Positions 11,351 to 23,276 of a stretch of DNA of 64,000 nucleotides are shown piece after piece. The notes beneath the pieces are model-generated. The model was given only the letters and a program-made list of their open reading frames with translations, did not search any database and was not told the origin of the DNA. Position numbers and translations under genes: made by a program. Source of the DNA: Neoechinorhynchus agilis (taxonomy: Eukaryota; Animalia; Acanthocephala). The stretch spans positions 310,001 through 374,000 of the forward strand of contig CM121341.1 of the NCBI GenBank assembly GCA_051530055.1, given 5' to 3'. The stretch's first letter is position 1, and each line of letters starts with the position of its first letter.

Positions 11351-11923
11351 TTAATTTTTTATTTTGATTTTTATCACGTCGCTGGCTGGAAGTTTCAAAC
11401 TAAAATTAGCTTTATTTCCTTCCATTGTGTTTGACGCAGCGATGTGCAAAGCCTCTAAAACCAGGCGTCTTTTTAAGATTTGTTCCTTTTCCAGGAAGTA
11501 GGTGCCATTAAAATCAGCGCGATGCTTAAAAGTCTCTTGATGATTTGAGATTGCCGAAGAATGCTCAAATCCAATGCAAGCTTGCTTGTGTTGCGAGACC
11601 CTATTCTTAATGCCCTGCATCGTTTGTCCGATGTAGACTTTATCACACTGTTCACAGTGCATTCTGTATATCCAATGCATCGGCTCAGTTTTACTCCTCC
11701 TCTTGAATGTGCATCTGAGGGCGATTCCTTTATTGTTATAGAGACGAGTTCCAGCCTTCTTACTCATAATGGAGTAGATCATTTGATTTGTTTCATCATC
11801 AATGAAATTCATTTTTTCAAAACATATAGGCTCTGCGGGCGATTTTTGGTTGTGGTTGTTGTGTGGATGGTACATCCTGCGTTTGATTCCACGGTCAACA
11901 ATCCATTTGGGATATCCCCTCAT
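11351..11923 (-). CDS. Penelope GIY-YIG endonuclease domain
   Basis: WIYRMHCEQCDKVYIGQT...RVSQHK...H...KRRLVLEALHI. Confidence 0.9.
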   Translation of the reverse strand: MRGYPKWIVDRGIKRRMYHPHNNHNQKSPAEPICFEKMNFIDDETNQMIYSIMSKKAGTRLYNNKGIALRCTFKRRSKTEPMHWIYRMHCEQCDKVYIGQTMQGIKNRVSQHKQACIGFEHSSAISNHQETFKHRADFNGTYFLEKEQILKRRLVLEALHIAASNTMEGNKANFSLKLPASDVIKIKIKN

Positions 11924-11937
11924 TTTTAGCTCCTGGA

Positions 11938-12774
11938 CTATCCTCTCTCTTTCTTTACTTCACGCCAATCGAGTGATGAGATAAGAGAGGCTCTTCGGAA
12001 GTATGGAGAGACCGCCGAGATTTTATGCCTTATCGGTTGGTGGTTTGACCAGTGTGGTGGTCCCCATGGTAGGTTCGCCTTACGAAAAAGTGAGGTGCTA
12101 ACTTTGCCTTGTGATGAGCGCTTGACGAGGACGTCCAGGAAGGAGACCTCACCGTCGATGCCCTCTTCATTGACTGTCCACTGTATGTGTGAATCTTGAA
12201 TATTCAGATCAGCATTTAGTGAATCTTTGTTGTGGTTTGAATCAGTCAGAATGAATGCATCGTCTACATTACGCCACCATCGATTTACATAACTATGAAA
12301 CTCCAAGAAAGTGGACTCCCAATCCCGCATGTAAATGTCGCACAAAGTCGGAGCTAGTGGAGATCCCATGGCTACACCATCTTTTTGATCGTAAAAATAA
12401 CCCTCGAATTCAAAGGCAGTCATACTCGTGCACCATTGAATCAGGGAATACCACGTACCACGTTCCAAACGTGGTTCACTGCAATTCTTCGATAGTAAAT
12501 CAGCCGATAGTTCGATCGTTTTTGTCAACGGGACATTGGTGAAAAGAGCATTAACATCGGCCGTAAGCATTCTGTGGAGCTTAACGTTTATTTTCCTGAT
12601 CTCAATCGCAAATGTAGGTCCATCCTTGATGTGCGAGGCGGAAGTTGCTACAATCGATCTTAATAAAACATTAATCCTTTTGGATAGGCGATGGTTGAGC
12701 GACATGTAACCGGTTATAAATGGACGGTACTGCATGATTGGCTTGTGAATCTTCGGAAGGAGATAGAAACACAC
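11938..12774 (-). CDS. Penelope-type reverse transcriptase domain
   Basis: YLLPKIHKP..YRP, ADVNALFTNVP, QKDGVAMGSPLAP, RNVDD (YVDD degenerated to NVDD). Confidence 0.92.
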   Translation of the reverse strand: MCFYLLPKIHKPIMQYRPFITGYMSLNHRLSKRINVLLRSIVATSASHIKDGPTFAIEIRKINVKLHRMLTADVNALFTNVPLTKTIELSADLLSKNCSEPRLERGTWYSLIQWCTSMTAFEFEGYFYDQKDGVAMGSPLAPTLCDIYMRDWESTFLEFHSYVNRWWRNVDDAFILTDSNHNKDSLNADLNIQDSHIQWTVNEEGIDGEVSFLDVLVKRSSQGKVSTSLFRKANLPWGPPHWSNHQPIRHKISAVSPYFRRASLISSLDWREVKKERG

Positions 12775-12815
12775 ACTTAGCCGATGTTGAACGCGTCCCG
12801 TTGTAAAATTGAAGA

Positions 12816-13757
12816 CTAACCGTTAAATTTAGTTTCTCTGCTTCGCGTGGGATCTTTCGCCAGCCTCCCGAATTTGTCAGAGTTAAGAAGATCCATAGCC
12901 CCCTTTTGATAACATCCCATGTCCACAGCTACTAAAGCGCGTCCTTTGTCAGATTTGCAAATCATTATTGATGCCACATCCTTCACGGACTTCGCGATTG
13001 CCATTTCATCATTATCGTTGCGAACGTTCCGACTACGAGCTTTCCCGTCATAGGCCACAATTGAACTCATCAGATCTGGATGTGAGTTTATGAGCAGCTC
13101 TGTATCACATCGGATTTTAGTCGATCGAATCTTATTCTTAATAATATAGTCGGGTCCCTTGTTCAGCAAATTCAGTTGCCTTGAGGAGAAGGTGTGTTTT
13201 GATTTATTTACGAAGTAGCCGTGCTCTTCCCATGTTTTCGGTCTTAATTGTTCCAGCTTCCATAAGTGGCTCGTGGCTGTATGATGTTCCTCGATTGATA
13301 CTCGTAAATTGACATACTCATTGACTCCAATGCTGTCTTCACCTTGCAAGGTGCGTAACATCAATTCCCAAAGTAAATCCGACCGTCTTTTAAGCTTATC
13401 CATGCGGTTCCTCATTTCATGAATCCCAAATAAGATCAATTTCTTAGAGAAGAACTTCTGCAATTGAGAACCCTGGAACCCGATGATACTGGACTTGATT
13501 ATGGCACACTTGGGAATTAGGCTTTCATCTCTACATGTTTTTAGGAATCTTATGCCATGTTTCACATTCATCGCCTTAGTCTCTATTTTTACAAGTTGAA
13601 AGATAACTCTTAAGCAGTTATCACCATACTGCTGCATAACCATCGATAGAAAGTCCTTCGGGATAATAAAATTACACTTTCGGTGAGAATAATCCCGGTC
13701 ATTACATATTTTATTTATTCGAAATATTTCGCGAGGTATCCTCGCCTCTTCACTCAT
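12816..13757 (-). CDS. Penelope N-terminal region
   Basis: LLNKGPDY and ICKSDKGRALV (DKG motif) upstream of the RT. Confidence 0.8.
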   Translation of the reverse strand: MSEEARIPREIFRINKICNDRDYSHRKCNFIIPKDFLSMVMQQYGDNCLRVIFQLVKIETKAMNVKHGIRFLKTCRDESLIPKCAIIKSSIIGFQGSQLQKFFSKKLILFGIHEMRNRMDKLKRRSDLLWELMLRTLQGEDSIGVNEYVNLRVSIEEHHTATSHLWKLEQLRPKTWEEHGYFVNKSKHTFSSRQLNLLNKGPDYIIKNKIRSTKIRCDTELLINSHPDLMSSIVAYDGKARSRNVRNDNDEMAIAKSVKDVASIMICKSDKGRALVAVDMGCYQKGAMDLLNSDKFGRLAKDPTRSRETKFNG

Positions 13758-13819
13758 CTAAAAATAGGTTTTCCATATTACGATTTTTGCTCGAGATCGC
13801 GGGATCGCCAAACCCGTGC

Positions 13820-14169
<350 letters not shown>

Positions 14170-14179
14170 GCGATGAAGC

Positions 14180-15200
14180 TGGTAATACCTGGTAAGCTTT
14201 TTGGTATCTCTAATGCCGCGATTTCATTGATGCTATCCAATTTTGTTGACGTTTTCAAATTTAATCATGTTTGTTGTTTATGTCCTTGTACGAATTGAAC
14301 AAATACGATTTGCGATGTTAATACGAGTGCTACTTATATACAGTATTGTCCGTTTAGTAGCTCTCGATTGGCGTATTCGAAATCCGATTTCAGATTTGCG
14401 ATAGCCTCAATAGTTCTTCAGTTAGTCGTCTTTCAATTTTTTTGCAAACAATCGTGATGATTGATATCAAAACATCAAATAATTTATAATTACAAAAACT
14501 TTTTCTCTATCAACTTTCAACGCTGATTACATCTGCATATACTGTTTTTAGTTTCTATGCTCATCTATGTCTTTAGTTTACCTATCTAAGTTCACAAAAG
14601 ACACTAGAAATAAAAAATAACGGCGATTAAGCGGGTAAGACATGAGAAGCTTTTTTATGTACTTCTGATGCGGTGATTTAATTGATGTTATTTAATTTTG
14701 TTGACGTTATCAAATTGTATGATCTTTAACGTTTATGACTTTACACTAATTTAACAAATGTTATTTGATTCATAAGTACCAAAGGTAGCCATTATACGGT
14801 ATTGTCCGTTGAGTACTCCTCGGCGCGCTAATTCCAAATATGTTTTCAGATTTGCGCTGGCTGCAACATTTCTTGAATTATTCGTCTTTCCTATTGTGAA
14901 AAAACCCGTGATTTTTGATATCAAAACATAAATTAATTTAAAATTAAATAACTTTTCCTTGATAAAATTTTAACTCGGATTTCACTTGCATGTACCGGTT
15001 TTCGTTGCTACGCCCATCTTTGTCTTAAGTTTACCTATTGAAGTCTATAAAAGACACGACAAATTAATAATAAGAGCGATTGAGCGGGTAAGAATTTGTA
15101 ATTTTTTTTGGGTATTTCTGATGCGGTTATTTCATTGATGTTATCCATTTTTTTGACGTTATCAAATTTGGTGATCTTTCACGTTTATGACTATTTGGGT
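14180..15200. repeat. Degenerate ~460-bp AT-rich tandem repeat (about 2.3 copies); related sequence at ~30390-30490 and 55640-56100
   Basis: TATTGTCCGTT..TTTCAGATTTGCG at 14344 and 14800; TTTGTTGACGTTATCAAATT-like motif at ~14243, 14697 and 15150. Confidence 0.7.
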
Positions 15201-15299
15201 TGTTTCTTGGCGTAGAAATAAAAATGACTTTAATTTTTTCATTTTTTAAATCCGATATTTGGGATCAATCTTGTGCCATTATCAAGGTCTACAAATTAC

Positions 15300-15625
15300 G
15301 TCGGGAATTGATGAATATTCACTGTCCTAAGATTGAGCCTAAAGTCCGCCTTATTCGCTTCGACCGTTTTCACTAGGCAGATGGATAGAGCCTCCAAATT
15401 AGACGATCCCATTTTGTTTCACTGCGTGCCCAAATGGTGGCGTTGTCAATGTTCATGACGTGGCCTTGTTGTGCGAAATGATTGAGCATTGCGGAACTGG
15501 CATCGGTACCTACTTCCGATTATACTTATGTTTTTTACACATCTGAAGAGGAATAAGCACGCGTCCCCAGCGGAAGGGGAATAACTATGGACTTTGAAAG
15601 TTCAAGGAAGTTCTTCGTAGATTTT
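15300..15625 (-). mobile_element. 5' end of an R2-family element joined to a 28S flank (copy D-5')
   Basis: Follows 28S-like sequence; PKST..IVIPLPLGTRAYSSSD matches PKST..IVISPPPGTRASSASD at 20060-20140. Confidence 0.7.
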
Positions 15626-15663
15626 GGGAAAGTCATAGTTAAGTCTGCCATTTACCCGCGCTT
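15626..15663 (-). rRNA. 28S: Diverged 28S fragment immediately upstream of the R2 site
   Basis: Minus strand AAGCGCGGGTAAATGGCAGACTTAACTATGACTTTCCC versus eukaryotic consensus AAGCGCGGGTAAACGGCGGGAGTAACTATGACTCTC. Confidence 0.8.
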
Positions 15664-15679
15664 AGCTTTGATTCCCTTC

Positions 15680-16520
15680 TTTCAGAATTCCTGATACCTC
15701 GAGAATATTTCGTTTTTCTTCACTTGCCAGCTACGCGTTTAGTTGTCTCGACAAACCATTCGAATAATTTGCGATAGTTATCCACTGTTGTCTTAATGTT
15801 CAAGGGACACTCTTTGTTCTCCATCCTTGAGATCATCGGCCGAAAGCTTTAAGATGTTCGCGAAGTACAGGGTTCTGTTGCGTCGTCTCTGGCTCCCGAT
15901 CTTGAAATATATATAGGCCTCGACGCCTTACACATGGGTAGGCACCTGATTCATCAGAACGGTTATTATATACGTATCTTCCGAAAACCGGGGCAAAGGA
16001 TTCGGCTTTCTTACTTATCAAAAGGTAGTGGACCGTAAAATCACACCAGTATGCTTCGGCAGCTGCGAATATCACAAACATTGGAGATACTACGGTACCT
16101 TCTTGGAGTCCACCGAGGTGAATTTACAGTGCTAAGTTCGCGCCGGCGAAGCTTAGTGCAACCTTTTGGTAGTTCTCCAAGTTGCTATGTACCTCTATTG
16201 CGGTTTTCGTAGTTAACTTTTTCCACAATAAAGGGCATCCCACCACGTGATAGGCGATCGTACCTAACATTTTTGAGGACCATCTTAAACCCCAATTGTT
16301 AGGACTAGAAATCTTAAATTTTGTTAAAAGGGGTGATTCTTTACCATTAGAAAAGTTTCCTTTCACCTTTTTTCGCCAATTTATTAACATCAAAGTCGAT
16401 TCTATATCATGCTTCTGGAAAAACTTCTTCCCTCGCTCTGGAGGTAGCAGGTACTTCAGTGCTACGCCCGCAAGGCATCTACTGTTCATATCGCTTTGCT
16501 ACTTCATCAATCGTTCCATC
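15680..16520 (-). mobile_element. R2-family fragment (OTU-like region to pre-RT region; copy D)
   Basis: ORFs 16124-16489 and 15833-16081: GTIAYHVVGCPLLWKK, FAAAEAYWCDFTVH, DESGAYPC. Confidence 0.85.
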
Positions 16521-16708
16521 TAGTTGAAAACATATATTATATGCTGCCAGCTTTACAAATCGGTTATAAATTTTCATTCTGGGACACTTAAAACTGCACT
16601 TTAATTCAGCAATGAACATCTTTCATGGAATACCTAAAAAAAGAATAAAATCCATGATAATTTAAAGACTTCGAGCAAGCAGACTACATTACTAATTGTC
16701 ACAAATTA

Positions 16709-17139
16709 TTTCAATTAAAAAATGAAGATTAAAATTTAAACGTGCGCCAAATAATTTCACGGACTATATTTCTTCCGTTTTTTGTACATTGCAAATCGCC
16801 GTCTGTTTCTTATTGCTGCTTGTACATTCCGCGCATCGCTCTGTTTTGTTCGCTGATGAATTGAGCGATTGTGGAGCTGATGGTTTGTTTTAACCTTTGT
16901 ACCGAGGACCCGTGATGGCACCTTGGAGCCTCAATGAACGTGAGTAATTTTTTGAAAATAATTGCAAACGTATTTTTCCCTGTCAATGGAGCTTTGCGAT
17001 CGGCCGAGAAAATCTCCCTAAATCTCAAGAAAACTTCTGTATCTTGGATGGAGATTATTGATGATTAGCTCATCCACCACGATCTCATACGCAGATGCCC
17101 CTTCACACCTGCGTTTTGACTGTGGCGTATGATTCAACA

Positions 17140-17171
<32 letters not shown>

Positions 17172-17288
17172 GGCATGCATTTATTTTGGAGATATGTTGT
17201 TTCACACGGGTTTAATACCTTTGATCAATTTTTTTCCATATTTCTTTATAGCTGATTCTTCATTTATTTGAATTGTGTTCCATGCATT
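16709..17288 (-). repeat. Inverted copy of 5393-5972
   Basis: Reverse-complement match. Confidence 0.92.
17111..17171 (-). rRNA. 28S: 28S fragment downstream of the R2 site
   Basis: Reverse complement of TAGCCAAATGCCTCGTCATCTAATTAGTGACGTG at 17138-17171. Confidence 0.85.
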
Positions 17289-17463
17289 GTTATTTAAAGA
17301 TTATTGATTCTTCTGCTTTGTGTCATGAAAAGATAGAACGCCTTTAAGCTCTGCTCTGCTGTTGTAGCCATATTCAAAGCGGTTTTAATTGACAAATTGA
17401 ATTTTTTTAGCCGCTCGATCAATTCATTTGACTCTATCTCACGAGTTTAATACTCTTGATCCG
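17172..17463 (-). mobile_element. Severely 5'-truncated R2 copy (C-terminal ~45 aa plus 3'UTR) at the canonical R2 site
   Basis: Minus translation NELIERLKKFNLSIKTALNMATTAEQSLKAFYLFMTQSRRINNL*, then UTR, then TAGCCAAA. Confidence 0.8.
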
Positions 17464-20229
17464 TTTTCGTTAGGTTTCTTTATAGTTGCTTCCTCCTCGT
17501 TTTTTTTGAAATGTATTCAGTGTGTTGTTATTTTAAAGGTGATTCATCCTTCTTCCTCTGTTCATAAAAACATGGAACGTTTTTAGGCTTTTTTCTGCTG
17601 GCGTGGAAGCCATGTTTAATGCGGTCCCTGTAGAAAGACCAATGGTTTTAAGCCGTCTTGTTATTTCCTTTGAATACGTGTCCCTTGAGCCGACGTCGAA
17701 CCCCATGGTCGAAATGCGGTTAGGAGGAAATCCAAGCTTCATTGCTACTTCTTTTATCGCATTGTATTTCTCCTCTTTTGCACTCATAATTTCCTCTGCC
17801 CGTTCAGTTGTATTCTCGTATTAGACGGCGAGGTGAATTATGTGCGCCTCTTGCGCATTCCTATCGACAATTATTGCGTCCGGTTTGTACAGCTGCCCTC
17901 CATGATCGTGGATACGATGCTCATTTGGAACCTCATACCGAGAACCCCATCTCTTGTTAAGAGTCCACAGGAATCGTTTTTGGACTACATCATGGCGCTC
18001 TATCATCATAAACACGAGAGTTGCCCTCTATTAAATACGACTGGTTGTCGCCTTCGAAGAGAGCGCTGTGATGCTTTATCGCCGTCCTTAGATGAATATT
18101 CGGCATTGATGATTTCGCATCTTTAAAAATTTCGTTTGCGAGACGTGCAGTATTATTGAAATATAGGGCGCGGTTACGCTACCTCTCATTATTCTTCGAT
18201 TGCCGTTTATTCAGTGCGCGCATTCGAACGCATTGGTATAGACCCGATTCATCAATCCAAATATTGAATGACGATTTCGCAATTGTTCTTGAGCGAATCC
18301 TTTGAGGAGGATCAATATTTCGGCCATTGATTACAAAATCGCATTCATATGCTGAAGCGGCTTTATAAAATTAAATGTTGCGAGAGCACTTGACAATTCT
18401 TCAATGCCTCAATCGCAGCCTCAATTGTAATGTTAGCATCCGGTAATCTTTCGCAAAGGATCTCAAACGTTTCACGTTTCGCCCCGACTTCTTCAAGAAG
18501 ACGAATTTGTACTTTTTGGTGCAGGGATGGGTTGTCAAAGACATGAAAAGCCACTGCAGATAGTGCAATTGTTGGTGATTTCCTCAGTTTTATAATTCGA
18601 ATCCACAGCTTTTCGACTTTTGAAATCGTGTTTGATTCAAATGTATTTGTCTTTCCATAGCTCAAGTAGTTGCTATATCTTGCTTCAAAATCATCAACAA
18701 ATTCTCTAGAAATTGATCCTGAATGATTTCACATAATTTCTTGTTCCTTTTCTATAGTTTCTATACCGAGGGTGCATCCTATCATTGACTGGGGAGCTAA
18801 GTAAGATCTCGAATAATTCCTCCGAAGTAAAATTGCTTTGCTGAAGATTCGATGAGGTAATATTGGGCCGAAGATAATGTATAGGAGGAAAATATGTAGC
18901 TTTTAGGTTTGCCTGAGGTAGAATGCGGTTGAGTACGATCTTTGGTTCTTTGGTTTCTGATATACTCGTGTAAGCCTTAATATGGGGCACCCTTAGAAAT
19001 CCACAGGATCCATTTTCATTCTCTGATTGTAATGAGGTAGATATAATCTCCGCTGTCGCAAGCTTAACAGGTAGAGTTGAGGTAGGCACATAAGTTGAGG
19101 TAGGTATCGCGGCTGAGGATTTCCCGGGAAGTTGAAGTACACGACGTAGATTCACGTCATGGCATTGGCTATTAAAGGTGTCAGGAGCACAAAAATCAAT
19201 GTTTGTACTTGCATGGATCGAATTTTTGGCCACCATTTCGGGTTCACGTATAACATCATTTCCTCCTCTGCAAATCTTTGTCAGTGATGGTTGCTCAAGT
19301 CGAGGTATGCACGATGAATCCGACAATCGTTTGCGACATGAAATGCCATCGACTTTGCATGGCATCTTTTGGTCTTCTTCTGTAGGGGTAATAACAGATA
19401 CATTGTTCGTAACAGGAATTTCAGCAGTCTAAGGCCTTCTAAAACCCTCTTTTTTGCATTGACTGAAGTGATTGCGCGAACATATATAGGAGAACGAGCG
19501 ATGATTTTGAAAATTGTGGCCGCGAAATTCGATTTCCGTGCAATCGTGATCGTCCTTAAGGTGCTCAATGACGCAATTATACTGTCTTAGTCCAACGATT
19601 TTCAATGGACACGTCGGGCATGAAACTGGGCTACCAGCACCAAAGTATTCAACAGTTACCGAACTTTTCTTTTCGTGGTCGCTTTTGTGCGGACTTTTGC
19701 CGTAAGCTCGCCTTGTGTTGTCCGGGAAACGTTCCTCACACCTCTTGAGATGAGGCCCATTGGTTGTACCTCCGGGCATTCATACGCACAGCAGATTGGG
19801 CAAATCCACATAGTAACATTGTGCTTGTGTGCTGTGACCTGGTGTTCATTGAAGAGTTTAACTCTCGATTTGCCAACCGCCATAAGATCACAATCCCCAC
19901 ATTTCAATCCATACTCTTGAGAAATGGGGTATATCATTTTGTGGTGTCTTTCAAATCGTCAGTCACTTGTCTTGTATCAGAGTCGATAGCTGTCGAGGTT
20001 TGTTGAGCTTCAGCCAGCTGTTGAGACCGCTGTTGGATTGCGTGGTAATTATGTTGAGGAGTATCTGAAGCGGAGGAAGCACGTGTCCCCGGTGGAGGGG
20101 ATATAACTATGAACTTCAAATGTTCAGTTGATTTTGGAGGGAGTCCCTCATGTATACTCAGGTTTTGAACCCCGCTCAACACATTTACATTGCTTACGTC
20201 ATAATACAGTGAAGTATCTTCACTCTTCA
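17464..20229 (-). mobile_element. R2-family element lacking the RT (copy B): 5' region, one zinc-finger cassette, OTU-like region, joined to the endonuclease C-terminus
   Basis: CGDC..H....H/CPIC/CPTC..H...H fingers (19400-19937); LRKSPTIALSAVAFHVF (18363-18665); ERHDVVQKRF..KPD and TALNMA (17533-18015); no RT motifs in between. Confidence 0.85.
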
Positions 20230-20363
20230 TGATAAGTTTTATTAACGTTTTTTCAAAACTTGACCAACTGCAAAAACAAAAACAAACGCACACACCCCCA
20301 AACATCGTTTGGTCATTATCGATCGGACGCGCAGTGCGTGTCACGATCGCTCAATATATAACA
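20230..20363 (-). repeat. 3' LTR (~134 bp, TG...CA)
   Basis: Starts TGTTATA right after the PPT, contains AATAAA and ends TATCA. Confidence 0.7.
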
Positions 20364-20375
20364 TTTCTCCCCTCC

Positions 20376-21269
20376 TTAATTGAGGCCGGAGGTGTCGTAA
20401 TCGTTTAACCACTCAGGTCGACGTCGTATTCTCGTACTCCTTCGCAATGGGTCCGTGACATTGGATCCCCTTTCCGTCTCTTTCGTTGCTTCATCATTGA
20501 TGGGCTCATTGGGCGTTTGTTCCCCGTGCGGCAATTCCCCTGCCTCTGCTATGGCTACTACTTGTCTCAGGTGATCGGTGCGTTTTCTCTCTATCCCTCT
20601 TTCGGTCCTAACTTCATAGGAGACGGGACCATTTCGATTCTCCACTCGCCTTGAACACCATCGTCGATCATGTTGCGTCTTGCACCACACCTGCTCGTCC
20701 TTCTCGAACTCCCTCCATTTTGAGCCTCGGTCGTGCTTATCCTTCCATTTTTCTTTGTTTTCCACTCTAGTGTCGTGGTCGTCCTTGTGAAGGTTATCGA
20801 ATAGTACTCGAATCGGGCGTCCGAACATCGCCACCACAGGACTTATTCCGGTCGTCGCATTTGGACAGTTTCGGTAGCTTAATAGAAAGCTTTGTAATGG
20901 TTTTTCGTACGCGCATCGAGGGAAACATCTGAAAACCCTCTCTTTTACTGTTCGAACAAATCGCTCGGCTTGACCGTTAGTACGAGGGTGGTATGGTGTC
21001 AAATAAATAGGTTTAATTCCATTACTCATTAGGAAATCTTGAAACGTTTCGGATCGGAAGCTTGAATCGTTATCCATGACCACCTTTTTTGGCAAACCGA
21101 AATGGCAGAATAATCGGCGCATATGAGTGAAGAGGGTCGTCGCATCAGTCGAGCGCACTTCGATTACCTCTGGCCACTTCGTGAACGCATCGACCACGAT
21201 GAGCCACATTGTGTTCTGCACTGGACCAGCGTAATCTATGTGGATCCGCTCCCAGGGAGTCCTCGGCAC
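20376..21269 (-). CDS. Gypsy integrase
   Basis: rve core: HIDYAGP, VVMDND, YHPRTNGQAERFV. Confidence 0.9.
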   Translation of the reverse strand: MPRTPWERIHIDYAGPVQNTMWLIVVDAFTKWPEVIEVRSTDATTLFTHMRRLFCHFGLPKKVVMDNDSSFRSETFQDFLMSNGIKPIYLTPYHPRTNGQAERFVRTVKERVFRCFPRCAYEKPLQSFLLSYRNCPNATTGISPVVAMFGRPIRVLFDNLHKDDHDTRVENKEKWKDKHDRGSKWREFEKDEQVWCKTQHDRRWCSRRVENRNGPVSYEVRTERGIERKRTDHLRQVVAIAEAGELPHGEQTPNEPINDEATKETERGSNVTDPLRRSTRIRRRPEWLNDYDTSGLN

Positions 21270-22256
21270 ATCAAAAAGGTATCACATCCACCGCTGGTTG
21301 CTTCGGTTGCCCTTCTTTGCACACCTGACATGGACACACATAGTCTTCGATTACTTTATCCAATCGTGGCCACCAGACGTACATTCTGGCCAGACTTCAT
21401 CGACGTACATCCGGGATGGCTTTGATGTAGCATTTTGAGAACCCCATATCGCAACGCCTCTGGGATAATCATCCTACCCAGCCAAAATAGGATGTTGTTT
21501 TCGACCGATAGTTCTCATCTCTTTTCGTAATATGTCCGTAAATCATTCGGAATCACTTCGGGCCATTGTGTCTTGATATACTTACACACCCTGGCCAGCA
21601 CAATATCGTTTCTTAAACTCCGTTTCAACATCTCTGCGTTTATGAGTTTTGAATCGTCACAATCTATTAGATCAATTTCATTGACAAAACTCTCCACTGG
21701 TTCATTTGAAACTTCTGGTATTCTTGATAGTGCATCGGCATATACATTCTCTTTGCCTTTCACATATTCGATGGTGTAATCATATTCGGCCAACACAATC
21801 GCCCATCTTCGCAAACGATTACCATGTATCTGATTCAATTCTTTTTTATGTCCGAATATGTGAATCAAAGGTTTGTGATCGGTCATCAGTCGAAAACTAC
21901 GTCCGAATAAGAAGTGCTGAAATTTCTTTATTCCAAACAATATCGCCCCGGCTTCTTTATCTATTGTTGAATAATTTTTTTCCGCAGGTGATAAAGTTCT
22001 TGACGCATACGCGATCGCTCTCCAGTTTCTCTTATTCCTGCTGCAAGACTACCGCACAAACCCCACTTCACTCGCATCACACGACAGGATTACCTCTTTT
22101 TCAACAGCATACGGCATCAACACTTTCGGATGTTGCGTCAACTTTTTCGCTGCCATGAAACTATCTTGTTCTATTTTCCCCCATCTCCATGGAATCTTCG
22201 AACTGGTCAGTCTATGAAGCGGACTACACACAGCGTGCAAATGTGGCAAAAATCGT

Positions 22257-23276
22257 TCATGTTATCCTGCTGCTCCGAGGAAGGCTCTCAATTGCGTTCG
22301 TTTTTTCGGAGGTGGACAATTGATCATTGGCCGCAATTTTCCTTGTGGTGCTCTTATTGTCCCCGATTTCCCAGATCATTCCTAAAATTTCAACCTTTTC
22401 CTGGAGAAAACAGCATTTTCCTAACTTCAGTGTTAATCCTGTGTCTTCCAATCTCTGCAGAACTCGACGTAGGTTGTCTATGTGTTGCTCATCGTCGTTT
22501 CCGCTTATCACGATATCATCTAAGCATACTGCGACATTCGGAATATCTTCTAATCGCTGAAATATGAAAGGCGCTGAATAGATCCCAAATGGCAATCTCG
22601 TATATTGATAATAACCCATAGGCGTTGTAATCGTCAATAGTTTTTGCGATTTTTGTGATACCGGTAACTGTAGGTAGGCATCATTCAGATCGAGTTTGCT
22701 ACATTTCCGTCCGGAACCGATCTTGCTTAATATATCCTCGATTTTCGGAATTATACAACTGTCTCTTCTAAGATATTCGTTTATAGTGACTCGAAAATCA
22801 CAACATACTCTGATCCTGTTATTCGCTTTCTTCATGAGAACGATCGGTGTGGCCCATTCCAGCGGTTCTCTCGTCGGATCCACTTTCCTTTGAACGCCGA
22901 TTGCTTGAAGCCTGTTCATCTCCTCCTGTAAACATTCAACCATCGGAAGAGGAAATCTCCGTGCCGGAAAGAATTTTGGACCCGCATAATCTCTCACTAA
23001 GAATTCCACTTGATATCCCTTGATTTTCCCCAATTCATTCGAAAACAGTTTAGCATATTCCTTCTCTGGTTTCATCTCCATCTGATTTATTGGGGATACC
23101 ACACCGATCCCCATCACTTGGTTTCCTCTCCAGATCGCATCTAACTGCACCGGAACTATACCAACAGCACATATCCAATTTAGTCCACACAATGCTCTAT
23201 CCATGGTTCGCACCACGGTAACTTCGACCATGGCTCGACGTCCCTCGAATTCCACCTCCACTTGACCAGTTCCCAC
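22257..23276 (-). CDS. Gypsy reverse transcriptase (degenerate)
   Basis: WATPIV..K...RVCCDFR, KLDLNDAYLQ, LPFG, CLDDIVI. Confidence 0.9.
   Translation of the reverse strand: MGTGQVEVEFEGRRAMVEVTVVRTMDRALCGLNWICAVGIVPVQLDAIWRGNQVMGIGVVSPINQMEMKPEKEYAKLFSNELGKIKGYQVEFLVRDYAGPKFFPARRFPLPMVECLQEEMNRLQAIGVQRKVDPTREPLEWATPIVLMKKANNRIRVCCDFRVTINEYLRRDSCIIPKIEDILSKIGSGRKCSKLDLNDAYLQLPVSQKSQKLLTITTPMGYYQYTRLPFGIYSAPFIFQRLEDIPNVAVCLDDIVISGNDDEQHIDNLRRVLQRLEDTGLTLKLGKCCFLQEKVEILGMIWEIGDNKSTTRKIAANDQLSTSEKTNAIESLPRSSRIT

Larger units (their letters stand above)
11168..13816 (-). mobile_element. Penelope-like element with direct pseudo-LTRs
   Basis: N-terminal domain, RT and GIY-YIG in order on the minus strand; ~120-bp direct repeats at 11168-11288 and 13697-13816. 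Confidence 0.93.

Noticed and set aside
20140-20200. Ancient 28S flank upstream of R2 copy B
   Set aside because: The resemblance to the 28S upstream site is weak, needs several gaps and lies in an open reading frame
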